From contig OZ038378.1 in NCBI GenBank assembly GCA_964036045.1, forward strand, positions 184,760,001 through 184,824,000: a stretch of 64,000 nucleotides of DNA, in the 5' to 3' direction. This DNA is from Eutreptiella sp. 'Long Island Sound 2002'. Taxonomy: Eukaryota > Protista > Euglenida. Positions 10,925 to 22,300 of the stretch are shown in pieces. The position numbers were made by a program, and so were the translations under genes. The stretch's first letter is position 1; each line of letters starts with the position of its first letter. The notes beneath the pieces are model-generated. The model was not told the DNA's origin, searched no databases, and worked only from the letters and a program-made list of their open reading frames with translations.

Positions 10925-12330
10925 AGTGAGGCAGTGTACTGAAGGAGCTCCTGAGCAGTGTGGCATTGTATTGGAGGTGATCCACTGCCCACAGCTCCCC
11001 AACAGTACGGCAGAGTACGGCACGAGTTCCACTGCCCACTGCCCCAAGGCAATGCAGCGGTGTGCCACAGGCATTCCACTGTCCACTGCCCCAGACAGAG
11101 CCAGTGCGGCAGTGTATTGTAGGAGTGTATTGTAGGAGTACCACTGCCCACTGCCCCAAGGCGGTGTAGCAGTGTATTGCAGGAGTTCTGCTACCCACTG
11201 CCCCCAAGCGGTGCGGCAGTGTACCGTAGGAGTTCCATTGCCCACTGCCCCAAGGCAGTGCTGCAGTGTTCCGCGAGAGTACCACCGCCCACTGCCCCAA
11301 GGTAGTGCGGCAGTGTATTGTTGGAGTTCTACTGCCCACTGCCCCCAGGCAGTGCGGCAGTGTACCGCAGGAGTACCACTGCCCACTGCCCCAAGGCACT
11401 ACGGTAGTGTATTGCACGAGTTCCATTGTCCACCGCCCTCAGATGGTACGGCTGCGTACCATAGGAGCACCACTGCCCACTGCCCCAAGGTGGTGCGGCA
11501 ATGTATTGCAGGAGTTCTACTGCCCACTGCCCTCAGACAGTGCGGTAGTTAACCGCGGGAGTTCCACTACCTACCGCCCTAAGGCAGTGCGGCAGTGTAC
11601 CGCAGGAGTACCACTGCCCACTGCCCCAAGGCAATGCAGCGGTGTATTGCAAGAGTTCCACTGCCCACCACCCACAGACGATACGGCAGTGTACCGCAGG
11701 AGTACCACTGCCCACTGCCCCAAGGCAGTGTAGCAGTGTATTGCAGGAGTTCTACTGCCCACTGCCCCAGGCGGTGCGGCAGTGTACCGCAAGAGTTTCA
11801 TTGCCCATTGCCCCAAGGCAGTGCGGCAGTGTTCATGCGGAGTACCACCGCCCACCGCCCCAAGGCACTGTGGCAAAGTGCCGCAGGCAATCCACTGCCC
11901 ACTGCCCCAATGTAGTGTCACCGCAGGAGTACCCTTGCCCACTACCCCAAGGCAGTGTGGCAGCGTACCGTAGGAGTTCCACTGCCCACTGCCCCAAGGC
12001 AGTGCGGCAGTGTACTAGTGTACTGCAGAAGTTCCACCGTCCACTGCCCCAAGGCAGTGCACTAGTGTACTGCACGCATTCCGCTGCCCACTGCCCCAGG
12101 GTAGTGTAGTGTGACTGCAGGAGTCCCACTGCCCACTGCCCCAAGGCAGCAAGGCAGTGTACAAAAGGAGTTTCGCTGTCCACTGCCCCAAGACAGTGAG
12201 GCGGTGTTCAGCAGGAGTTCCACTGCCCACTGCCCCAGGCTGCAGTGTGGTGGTGAACTAAACGATCCCCACCGCCCACTGCCTGCTGCGGGGTGTCAGT
12301 TTACTACAGGATCCCCACTGTCCACTGCCC
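10925..12330. repeat. 47-bp palindromic tandem satellite, about 30 copies
   Basis: Consensus GGAGTTCCACTGCCCACTGCCCCAAGGCAGTGCGGCAGTGTACCGCA. Two CACTGCC copies mirror two GGCAGTG copies around a short C/A loop. No spacers. Confidence 0.95.
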
Positions 12331-12611
12331 ACAGCAATGGGTGCCGGCCTCATCAATGCCCAACCAGGGACGGGAGGTACAAAGGCCTGGGCCCAGCGAG
12401 AACTTCCGTAGCACCATCACACAGAGCGGCAAGGCGTCCCCAGGGCAGCCCTGGGCAGCAACCGCCCGGCACCAGAGAGAGGGTGATGGTCCTGTGCCAC
12501 AGGTGCAGCACACACTACACACAGCGCGCGTTTAGACACACAGCCCTCCCGGCTTGCATTACCCATATGCAAGACCATCCCGGCCATTGCCTTTTGGTAA
12601 CAGTGCCTTTG

Positions 12612-12965
12612 GCACACCACACCACACCACTCCACACCACACCACACCACACCACACCACACCACACCACACCATACCACACCACACCACACCACACCAC
12701 ACCACACCACACCACACCACACCACACCACACCACACCACACCACATCACACCACACCACACCACACCACACGACGCCTCACAACGCAATGCACTGTGGC
12801 ACAACACAACACAACACAACTAACGCACACAACACCACACCACACGACGCAATGCAACGCAACTTAACTCAATGCAACACGATGCAACGCAACACAGCAC
12901 AACACAACACGGCCACGACGCTTGGCAACACAACGCACTGCAACATAACACAACACAACACAGTG
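12612..12965. repeat. Microsatellites (CACAC)n and (CAACA)n
   Basis: Direct inspection. The CACAC array is followed by the same GACGCCTC.CAA.GCAATGCACTGTGGCACAACAC module seen at about 10861. Confidence 0.95.
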
Positions 12966-15399
12966 TAAGGCACGCAACACAGCTCCACACAAAGCAACAC
13001 AGACAATGCCACCTGCTGATGGGGGCGACCACCGTGCCCATGGTCTACAAAGCAGGGCACACTTGAGACCCTCCAGCCCCAGGATGCACTTCTGCAGCAG
13101 CTTGTCTTGCAGCACTGAACTCTCAGGCCAAGCGCCGTCTCCTCTAGGCCTCTGGAACATGGCACCTGCGGACAAGGAGACGGCATCGGGGGTGAGAAAC
13201 AGGTTACGCCAAACCTCACCGCTGCAAGGGGCGTGTGTGGCTGAGGGGGCGTACTTTTAATGATCCCCAAGAACCAGCCGTCTCACCAACCGTCCGATGA
13301 GCGAAGGGAAAAGGGAACCGGATGCTCCTGGCCGGTGTGGGCCAGAACGCTGACATGAGCCAACACAGAGGTCCCAACCCCAGGCATGGGCTTGAATGCG
13401 GGGGAGGGAGGGGGCCATCCACTTCTTCCGGGGACAACCCACCTGCCCAAATCGCGGGAACGTTTCCATCAAATCAGGGCAACGAATCGGGGGCCAGTTT
13501 CCTGGGGTTTTCAAAGGGCAATTCAGAAATGGAGCTGCTGGGGAGGGGAGGGTGGCGGTGGTGGTGGCGGGGTTCCAGGGGCACCCCCAACATATGCACC
13601 TCAAAATGGCTGCTAAGACGAACAGATCCTTCTGAGGGACATATGTGGGCGTGAAGTAGGTTGTGTAACAGTGCCTTCTGAGCCGCCTCGTGGCCTCGGG
13701 GATGCAGTCCTTTTGACACGCAAGGCATTACTTCATTGACTGGGCCAAGAAATCCAACAAACCAGGGGAATTGGGCCCCGATTGCAGTGCGGTTGCGGGT
13801 CGTTGACCCTGTTACCCGGCCGCTTCTGTCCGCCCTCAACGGTCCCCCAACCGTTGTGTCATCCCCAGACCATGTCTTGCAAGCGCCGTTTCAACTGCCA
13901 GTACACCAGGAACCGCCTCACATGCCCGCCGCTTTGGAAGGCCGGTGCGTAGCTGAATGATGGGAGTGCCGTTGTGGTAGGGGGTGAGGCAAGGCCGGTG
14001 ACTGCCAGAGGATTGCCCAGCCCCCACACCCCCATCTGTCGACGGACTGCAGAGCAGGCTGCCTCCTGCACGGACTACTTCTGAAGCAACGACCTCTACA
14101 CTAGCACACAGGTCTTCGACACCACATGACCACCACCCACAACGGCTGTCTTGCTACGCACACCACTACTCGCCCTCTCACACCCCCGCATCACTTAACA
14201 TGCGGGCATTTGCCATTTACTAGACACCAAAATGCCATCTGTTGCCAATTGCTGTTAAATCATGGCTTTACTGCCTTCCTCTTGCCGATCGGTGCTGTTG
14301 TATGACAGGTTGCATTGGTGTTCGGTTTCAAAAACGTAGCCTACAACTACTATCGATCAGTGTTCAAACAAGCAGATCAATTTGAGAGACCCCTGTATTG
14401 AGCTGATCACTGCTGGACAGCCTTGTAAACGCGGTTGGAATACAACATCTGGGGATGACATGACAGAAAGGTGGGTGGACCGTTGAGCGCCGTTGAGGGC
14501 CGACAAAGGCGGTTGGGCAGCAGGGTCCGGTACCTGGAAGAAGCGGACGGTACAACCCCCCCCCCCCCCAAGCCCTCAAGCGCATGCCTCTGATAGGGCC
14601 CCTGTGGAGGAATCGCAGGGCCTCTCTATTGGCTCGTGTGCCGGTCATGATTTGGTTCATGTCATCACTTCCGTGCCCTGTGTGCCACAGGTGCCTGCGC
14701 CGCGTGTCCCTTGTGTGTCTGGCCTGCCGCGCGCCAGACACAGGCGTGTGCCCCAGATATCATGATTGAAAGGTGACTTCACTGAGGTCGCTCCGACATG
14801 AGAGTCTCACTTGATGCAGGACCATTGCCCCAGAGCCTCTGCTGGGGTCTGCCGAGGTCGACAAACGGCATGAGTCGCCTGCTCTAAAGTGCAAAGGCTC
14901 GCTCCCCCCCCCCCCAAGTTCCACTTGAAGGAAGGGGGTCGCGCTGGGGGGCAGGGTGCGTGGGTTGGCAACCCCCCCAAACCCACCCCAAATGGTCCTG
15001 AAATGGTGGAGGGCAATTTTGTGGTCAGCCCAGAAACATATTCCCCACCGTTATCAATAACCCTTCAACCACCATCGGTTCCCCTCCAAACGCCGTCAGA
15101 TACCCTCCAACAGCTGTTGGCAGGGGTGTCCTGAAGAGCAAAAACAAAATCCTTCCTAATGCCAACGGAAACGAGCGCTCAAGGGTTTGCTCTCTGCTTC
15201 ATGGTCCAGACATGGGCAAGACACGAGACCACAGAAACAGCATTGAACAATGGTTGGCGGTTGGCAGTTGGTGGGGGTTGGCGGTTGGCAGTTGGTGGTT
15301 GAAGGCAGTTGGTGGTTGGTCATCCCTGGGGGCTCTCCGTAAGGGCGGTCCTTAAAAAAGAGGGGGGGGGGGCTTCTCAAGGACACCCCTGGCCGGTGG

Positions 15400-15899
15400 C
15401 AGGGGAGGGATTGCTGTCTGGGGGTGTCCAATCCAGTTGCGAAAAATTGCGCAAAATTGCGATACCGCAAGCAACCCTCCTTCACCCTCAAAGTGCAACA
15501 GTTCTGGACAGGTGGCTCAGATTTTTTCTTTTGGTTATACAAATGGTCCACGGGTGATGCCATATTGCTGGTGGCAAAAAAGAGGAACGGAGTGTGGCAC
15601 ACTAGCAAATGACAGTTGTCAGAGACGCATTGCACCATGGCCCTGGGGCACAGGAAGGAACCGTTCCATCACTTTCAAGCGTGGACAAATTTGAGTCTCA
15701 TCGTTCTGCATATTGTGCACACTAGTATGGCCCACTATTGACAGCAAAGGGCACCAACAGGCACGCAAGACGGGCAGATCAGAAAAACTGTAGGAAAATT
15801 GCGAAACATTGCGATGAATTGCGGGAAATCGCGGAAATTGCGATAAATTGCGAAATTGCGGGAAATTGCGGGAAATTGCGGACCTCAATCCCCCCCCTG
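15400..15899. mobile_element. Non-autonomous hAT-like element (MITE), internally deleted relative to the 25.9-27.8 kb copy
   Basis: Ends CAGGGGAGGGATTGC and GACCTCAATCCCCCCCTG are inverted repeats, with AAATTGCG subterminal arrays. The body is colinear with about 27000-27090 and 27460-27800. Confidence 0.7.
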
Positions 15900-16352
15900 C
15901 CCTCACTGTTGGTCACTCCATCAGCCGGGCTGGTGTTGGCGGGTGTTTGTCTGCCTGTTTGGGACTGCCCAAATTGGTAGTCACTTGGGTGTACACTTGA
16001 GTGGCCACTGGGGCAAATCACCGCCAGCTGCCGTACGGTGTTGCCCACTTTGGGGGGCGGGGTGTTGATCATCTGCAAACGCAAGAAGGCAACATGAAGC
16101 CCAACAAAAGGACATGAAAAAGACGGGGGGAACAGCGGCCTATGCATAGGGTCCGATCAGCCACCCCGACGACACGGCGAAAAATTGCGTCGAAGGCACG
16201 GCAACGAATTGGGTCAATCAGCCAGGGGGGTCCGGAGGCTGGGGGGTGGGGGGTTGGTCTGGAACGGACCCCTCTCCCCTCGGTTGGTGCTGAATTGTTC
16301 AGTGGACCTTTGCTCACGTGGGGCCTGTGGGGCCAAGGGGCACGGGGTGAGC

Positions 16353-16456
16353 TCAGGCAGGACAACCTGCAGAGCACAGGGCACGTCCATCAGACGCTGA
16401 AAGGCAGCCCCCGTTCTGCAACACCTCCGCAATGACCAACGCGTTGGTGAAATACA
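16353..16456 (-). CDS. CTC1: CTC1-like exon; 3' boundary uncertain
   Basis: cttgtcctttgcag acceptor at phase 1 gives DDGTALCTVYFTNALVIAEVLQ, resembling [22 protein letters not shown]. In-frame TGA at 16355-16353 if no further donor is used. Confidence 0.6.
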
Positions 16457-19348
16457 CTGCAAAGGACAAGAGCACAGAGGCCAAAACCGGCGGCGCGGCA
16501 CGGGGGGGGGGGGGGGGGAAAGACCTGGGGTTTTGGGAGCATTTTTTTGAATCCCCAATTCAATTCTGAGCAATTGGACTCTACAGAAGTTGAGGGACAA
16601 ACTGCCGTTCCCCATTCACCGTGAGTGAAAATAAAATCCAATCAATCTCTCAATCGCTGATGCGGTTCATCCAGATCATAGTCCACACTCCACTCTTGAA
16701 AACGCCCCATTGGTGCTGGTTGGGGGGCCGGAAGGGGAGGGGCGGGGGGTCCAATCCAGCTTTACACGTAAATAACCGCCGTGGGCAGGAGACAGCAACA
16801 TCTCTAAGAGCTTCACTCGACAGGCAGAGATCAGTCGACCAACGCTCACAACAGCCCTTGTGCTCAATTCATTGACACGGGCAAACCACCCAACGCCATC
16901 CCAGTCCCCTTGCCATTCAGACCGACCAACTCAGAAACTAGGACCCCCGACCCCCGCATTGATAGTCTGATGTGCCACCAAAACACAAACTACACCGCCC
17001 TTTCCCAGACACATTGCCCATTTCCAAAGCCGTAACCACCGAGAAATCAACAAGCGGCATGCACCCTCCACCACACCCCTCCATAAAAAACAGCGAATCG
17101 TGGTTGAAATGCTTGGGGTGCGTGTCATGGACCTCTCACTTCCATTCATGGGGAGCGAGCACCAGTTGTACCACCCACCGCAAAAACCGTGATAAACTCG
17201 GGAAATTGCAGAACAAAGATCAACATAGATCAACGCAAATCAACACAGATCAACGCAGATCAACACAAGTCAACACCTATGTCAACACAAATCAACACAG
17301 ACCAACACCCATGGACAAAAATCGCTGCAGATCAGCACAGATGAACAAATATGTCACCACAGATCAAAAATAGATCAACACATATGTCAACACCGATCAA
17401 CAGATATGTCAGCACACGTGTCAACACATACGTCAACACAGAGCAACACAGATCAATACAATACAATCAAAACCAGCCAACATAACACCACAAATGAACA
17501 CGGGTTAGCGCAGGGTGTCAAGAACACCCGCACGGGCACGGGTGTCTGCACCCCCCCCCCCCCCGCCTGAGCCCCCCCTCGGCATGTGCACACAGTGGCG
17601 GTACGGGGCGTACCTGTGCACAACGCGGTTCCGTCGTCCACCCGGCAGACCAAGCGCTGGCCGCGGGGACCAGAGCCCAGCACCACCGACAAGACCTCCA
17701 GAACACGACAGACCAAAGTGGCGCACAGGAACGGGGCCCGCCGTCGGGCACCGCCGGGCCCGGGCCGCAGCGCCCGCGCGCACCGCCCGAACTCAACGCC
17801 GAGCATTCGCTTGGCGCTGCCCCACAAGCGCTCGACCACGAGTCGGCACGGGGCCACGTCCGCCAACGGGCAGACGGAAGAGTGCGGCGTGAGCCTGCGC
17901 AGTGCGGGGGCGCGGTGGGCGGGAGGACACGGGGGTGCCCGGAGCCGCCGCTGACACAAAACACAAAAACGATCGTTGATGCACGCGTGACCCAACATCA
18001 GCGCCCACCGCCGGTGGAGAAGGAGACTGGCAGCACACACACCGTCCCCCAAATTGTTGTTCGTTCAGCACCGACTGCGGTGGAAGTCTCCTTCATGATA
18101 CATGACCAATGGCAAAATGTAGTCCAAAAAATTCACAAGACAAGATAAATGTTGGTGAGCGGTAGCAAATGAATACTATCTTAGCCCGCGTCCTATGCCT
18201 CGGGCAGCGTGTTTTGAGCTCACGTGAAGACCAAGGCTGTCGGTAGTCCTGCCTCTTTACCGGTGACACACATCAGTTTGGGTGTCCAGTAACTGCCGGC
18301 GGTTGCCGGCAAATCGCCGGGGGGAGGGGGGGGGGTGTCCTGTGGTCAACCGGCGGCCCAGAGGGTTGTCCTGAAGGAGCGCTGCTTCGTGCCAAAAAAA
18401 CGACACCTCGTCGTCAAATGACCCCCCCACTCCGTACGGACAGATGTGTTGCCTGTGGTCTGATTGTACTGCAAGGCCCTGTGGGGGGCTGGGGGTTTCA
18501 GTTCAGGGCCGGACCCCAACCCACGCGGGATGGGCAGGGGGTCGGCGGGGGGGGGGGCTGGCGACATGTAAGGGCCCCTGTTGCGGGAAGGATAGGCTCG
18601 TGGACGGCACGGGGAATCCTGGAGGATGCGCAGAGACATCTCACATCAGCCCCCAACACAGGGGAGGGGGCGGTCTTCAAGGAAAGGTAAGCCCCCCGTT
18701 CCCCTTGCGCGAAGCGCAGCCCAAGTCCGAGACAACAACGGCAACACAGGATCCCTATGCTGAGGCCAGGCTGCGCTTGCGCGCGGACACGAAAGGGGGT
18801 GCACATCGGGTATGGCAACATTGGCCATGGCCCCCCAGTCACATCAAACCCAATCCAAATGGCCTGCACTCCAAATGGCAGCACCGTGATGGGCAGAGAC
18901 AGGGCTTAGATGCGTGCCCCCGCCCCTCGTTCCCTTGTCCTCCCACACACACTGCGCTCACGGTCGTGTGGCTTGATGTTCTGAACCACAAAAATCACAG
19001 AAATGACGGTATCACACGGGAGGACCAATTCCTTGGGTTTGGCCACCAACTACCCCCCCCACCCCCCCACCCCACCCCCTCACTAACCGTTGGCCGGGGG
19101 CCCCCTGGGAGGGGCGATGGGGGGGATGGGAGGGACTTTTGCCCCCCCCCCCCCCCGAGGGGGGGGGGTCAGGCACCTCCAAACAGTTAAGTTATGCGGC
19201 CCAGGTGTGATCCAACAGTTTGCACTGCCCCTTGCCCCAATAGAGGGCAGGGTATCGTCGACTTGGGTATTCCCTACCACACTAGGAACCTCAGGGTTGG
19301 GCTCCTGAGGCGGTCGTGGGATTAGAGTTACACGATGGCACAACAACA

Positions 19349-19391
<43 letters not shown>

Positions 19392-22300
19392 ATATATATA
19401 TAGGGGTTGGAAGGCAAATGCATAAGTGTGGCCATAGCAACTCGGGCGCCATGATAGTACATCACCCCTCCCTGCTTACACCACACTTGCACAAGCCTTC
19501 TCCCCAAACGTTGCGAGGAAGTGAAGAGAAGGGCCTACTACTTGTTGCACTTGTTGCAAACAGGGACAACTTCTGGGGAAGGAACTAAGACCAAGAGTGA
19601 CTACTTGGGAAACGTTCTACGGATCGACCTAAGAAGGGGAAGGAGGGGTGAGGCCACCGGCAAACATGGACACCTGAAAACTGCTGGTACCTTTGACAAC
19701 TAACTATTGGCCGGAGGCCCCTTGGGGGGGGGGGGGGGGGTAGTTGGTGTCTTATAACCCGTGGAGTTGGTCCGCCTGGGCAGTATCACGGGGTTGTCTT
19801 GCTTAGACAAGGTAGTGCTTGCACACGGAGGGGGGCGTGCGTGGCAAGAAAAGAAGGATTGGACGGACGTAGTAGCAATCGAGGGCTGCCAAACAACTGC
19901 CTCCATGACCGCTCACATGTGCCACCTCTTCGCTTCCATTTTTGGGAGGGGGGGTGTCAAGGGGATACCCAAATTTGCATTTCAATATTGCGTCAATGGA
20001 GTAGACCAAATATGACATTTTTACACCACCACTTGACTGGTAGTCGAGAAATCGCTTGTGTGTTTGATTTGTTGAAGCGAAATGCAAGATGAATGAATTG
20101 TGTGGACATGTCGGACAAAACGGCTGCAAGTTGAGGCAAACAACTTGATCACAGAAGTCACAAGCAACACGTTGCACACATGGGGGTTCAGTTTAGTTCC
20201 AGACCCCAACCCCCACGGCGTGGGTAAGGAGGTCCAGGGGGTGGGGAGTGGGGGGTGGGGGGTCGTTTTTTTCGGCTTTGGGGCATTTTTGAATTCCCTG
20301 TTTCATTCTGAGCATTTTGAATATGCACAACTCGGTTGAATCCCTTCCACCGTTCACCACAACCGGGGGGAAATGGAGAAACATGGGGAAAATGGGGGGA
20401 ATTCTGTCACCTGGTCCACAGAGGCCAAAAAGGTTTTCCAAACGCCGCTGGGCCTCCAGTTGGTGGTTCCTCATTGGTCACCGTCGGTGTGGGTGGGGAG
20501 GTCCTGAGGGGGGTTTGAGTTCTGGCCCAACACGTAACCCCCCCGCCCTTTGATAGGCGCCGCCGAAGGCAAACAATCAGATACTGAGGCCTTGTGCCAA
20601 ACCAGCACCCCCCCCCCCCCCCTCATTGAGGTGCTGAATGGTCTGTTTTTGAGGAACCCCCAGTTCTTCCGCTCCTTCGTGGTAAAACACTCGAATGCGC
20701 CAATTATTTACCCCGAAATGTCCGGTTTTGCAAGGGACCCTGCGAGTTCTGTGCCACAGCTCTGCGACTTCAGGCGCTCCTCCTGATCGAAGCTGCCAAT
20801 TTGGGGGCATGGGCTGTGTCCCTGAGCACCGCCCGCGCGATGCGCAGCCGCTCCCGTCAACACTCAACGACGTGTGTTCTCAGTCCCGAGGAGCCGGGCA
20901 GCGAAGTACTGAAGGTTCGGGCGGCACAAGCAAAGCCCACACCTCAGCCACGGCCGCTGGGCTTTGGAGATCTGCAGCAGCAGATACCGGAAGCGGCAGC
21001 GCACCCCCTCCGGCACGACGCTGAGCATCGTGGCCACTGAATACCCCTCAGACTCGCGGGCACTGGGGTACAGGGCAGCGTGAGCCCCGGTCTCCGGGTC
21101 ACAGACGTAGCACAAGGCCGCCCCCTTGCAGTCCATGAAGGCCATGGCGCGCAGGGAGCAGTCCGGTGCCGTCCCCGGGAGGTGGTGCAGCACAAGGGCG
21201 TCCAGGCACGGGATGAGGACCGGGTCTTTGGGTGCGATCACCGCCGCGGACTCCGCAAACTGCAGAAGTGTGTTTTGTTGTGGCATGGGACGCTGGTTTG
21301 GGTATGCAGCGGCGGGGCGTGGCAGCAGCGGTACCGTCGCACATCAGCATCAGCATGAGCAGGAGCATCGGTCCGATCATCAGCACCACCACCACCACCA
21401 CCCCCGCATGACGCTACTGCTGCCAAAGGTGGTAAAGTACCAACGTCCGGGTTGTGACGGACCCGATGCAAGGGATGGGGCTTGGGTTGATACCCCCGGG
21501 AATGCAGAGCACAGGGTGTCTGCAGTGACCCAGATTGTATATGACAGTCTGGGGCTCCTGGACTTTCAATCAATTGTGGGCGGGGCGCTGATAGAGCTCC
21601 CTGGCTGGACCTCCCCCCCCCCTCACCCGGATGGTGCCGTCTGTGGTGGTGCCGTAGTCAGCACGGCAGCAACATATGCACGGCCAAAAGAGAGATAAGA
21701 GAGATGGGCTCGTCGAACATGAGCGGAGGCGCCGTCCGCAAATAGATCTTGGGGGGGCGGGGGGGGACGTGATGTACGAGATATAAGAAAATCGAGAAAA
21801 AGACAACCTCATAATGTACGCCTCATCCCCCCCAAAAGGCACACACCGCCACGGGGAAGGCAACCAGGAACACCACACAGCAAAATTTCACGTCATCCGG
21901 TAATACATCCGGTAATACCTTGACGTGTGTCCCTGGGAAGCAGAAACCACATGACCCATCACCTGCAGTCGATACCTGTGAACAACAATTTGGCCATTAA
22001 ACGCCGGCGGTAGGTCAACTACCGGCGGTTGGCGGTTAATTACCGGCCCAGAGGGCGGTCCTTAAGGGGCGGTCACGAGCGAAAATGAAATCTCTCGTTG
22101 ATTAAAGATCCCCCCTAACCACCCCTCTTCCCGCCCCCCACGACGGTGCTGTGAACGTCCGAGACGGCACCAGACAGGCCGGTCGGCGCACCGGTCGCCA
22201 CGCCAGTGAGTTCCACACGACCCAGCGCAACCACCGGGAAAGTTCGGTGAAGTGATGCTTCATCACTGGTCCGGGTCGATTGGCCCCCGGCCCGCACACC

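Noticed and set aside
10925-12330. CRISPR array, suggested by the palindromic regular repeats
   Set aside because: The units are contiguous with no unique spacers, there are no cas genes, and the context is eukaryotic.
10214-12968. Long ORFs rich in TTPHH, VVWCG and LPTAPRQ
   Set aside because: These are translations of pentamer and 47-bp repeats, open in several frames on both strands.
14364-14741. Final CTC1 exon
   Set aside because: The segment is homologous to 13770-13880 in inverted orientation, so it is more likely a repeat. No phase-supported link was found.
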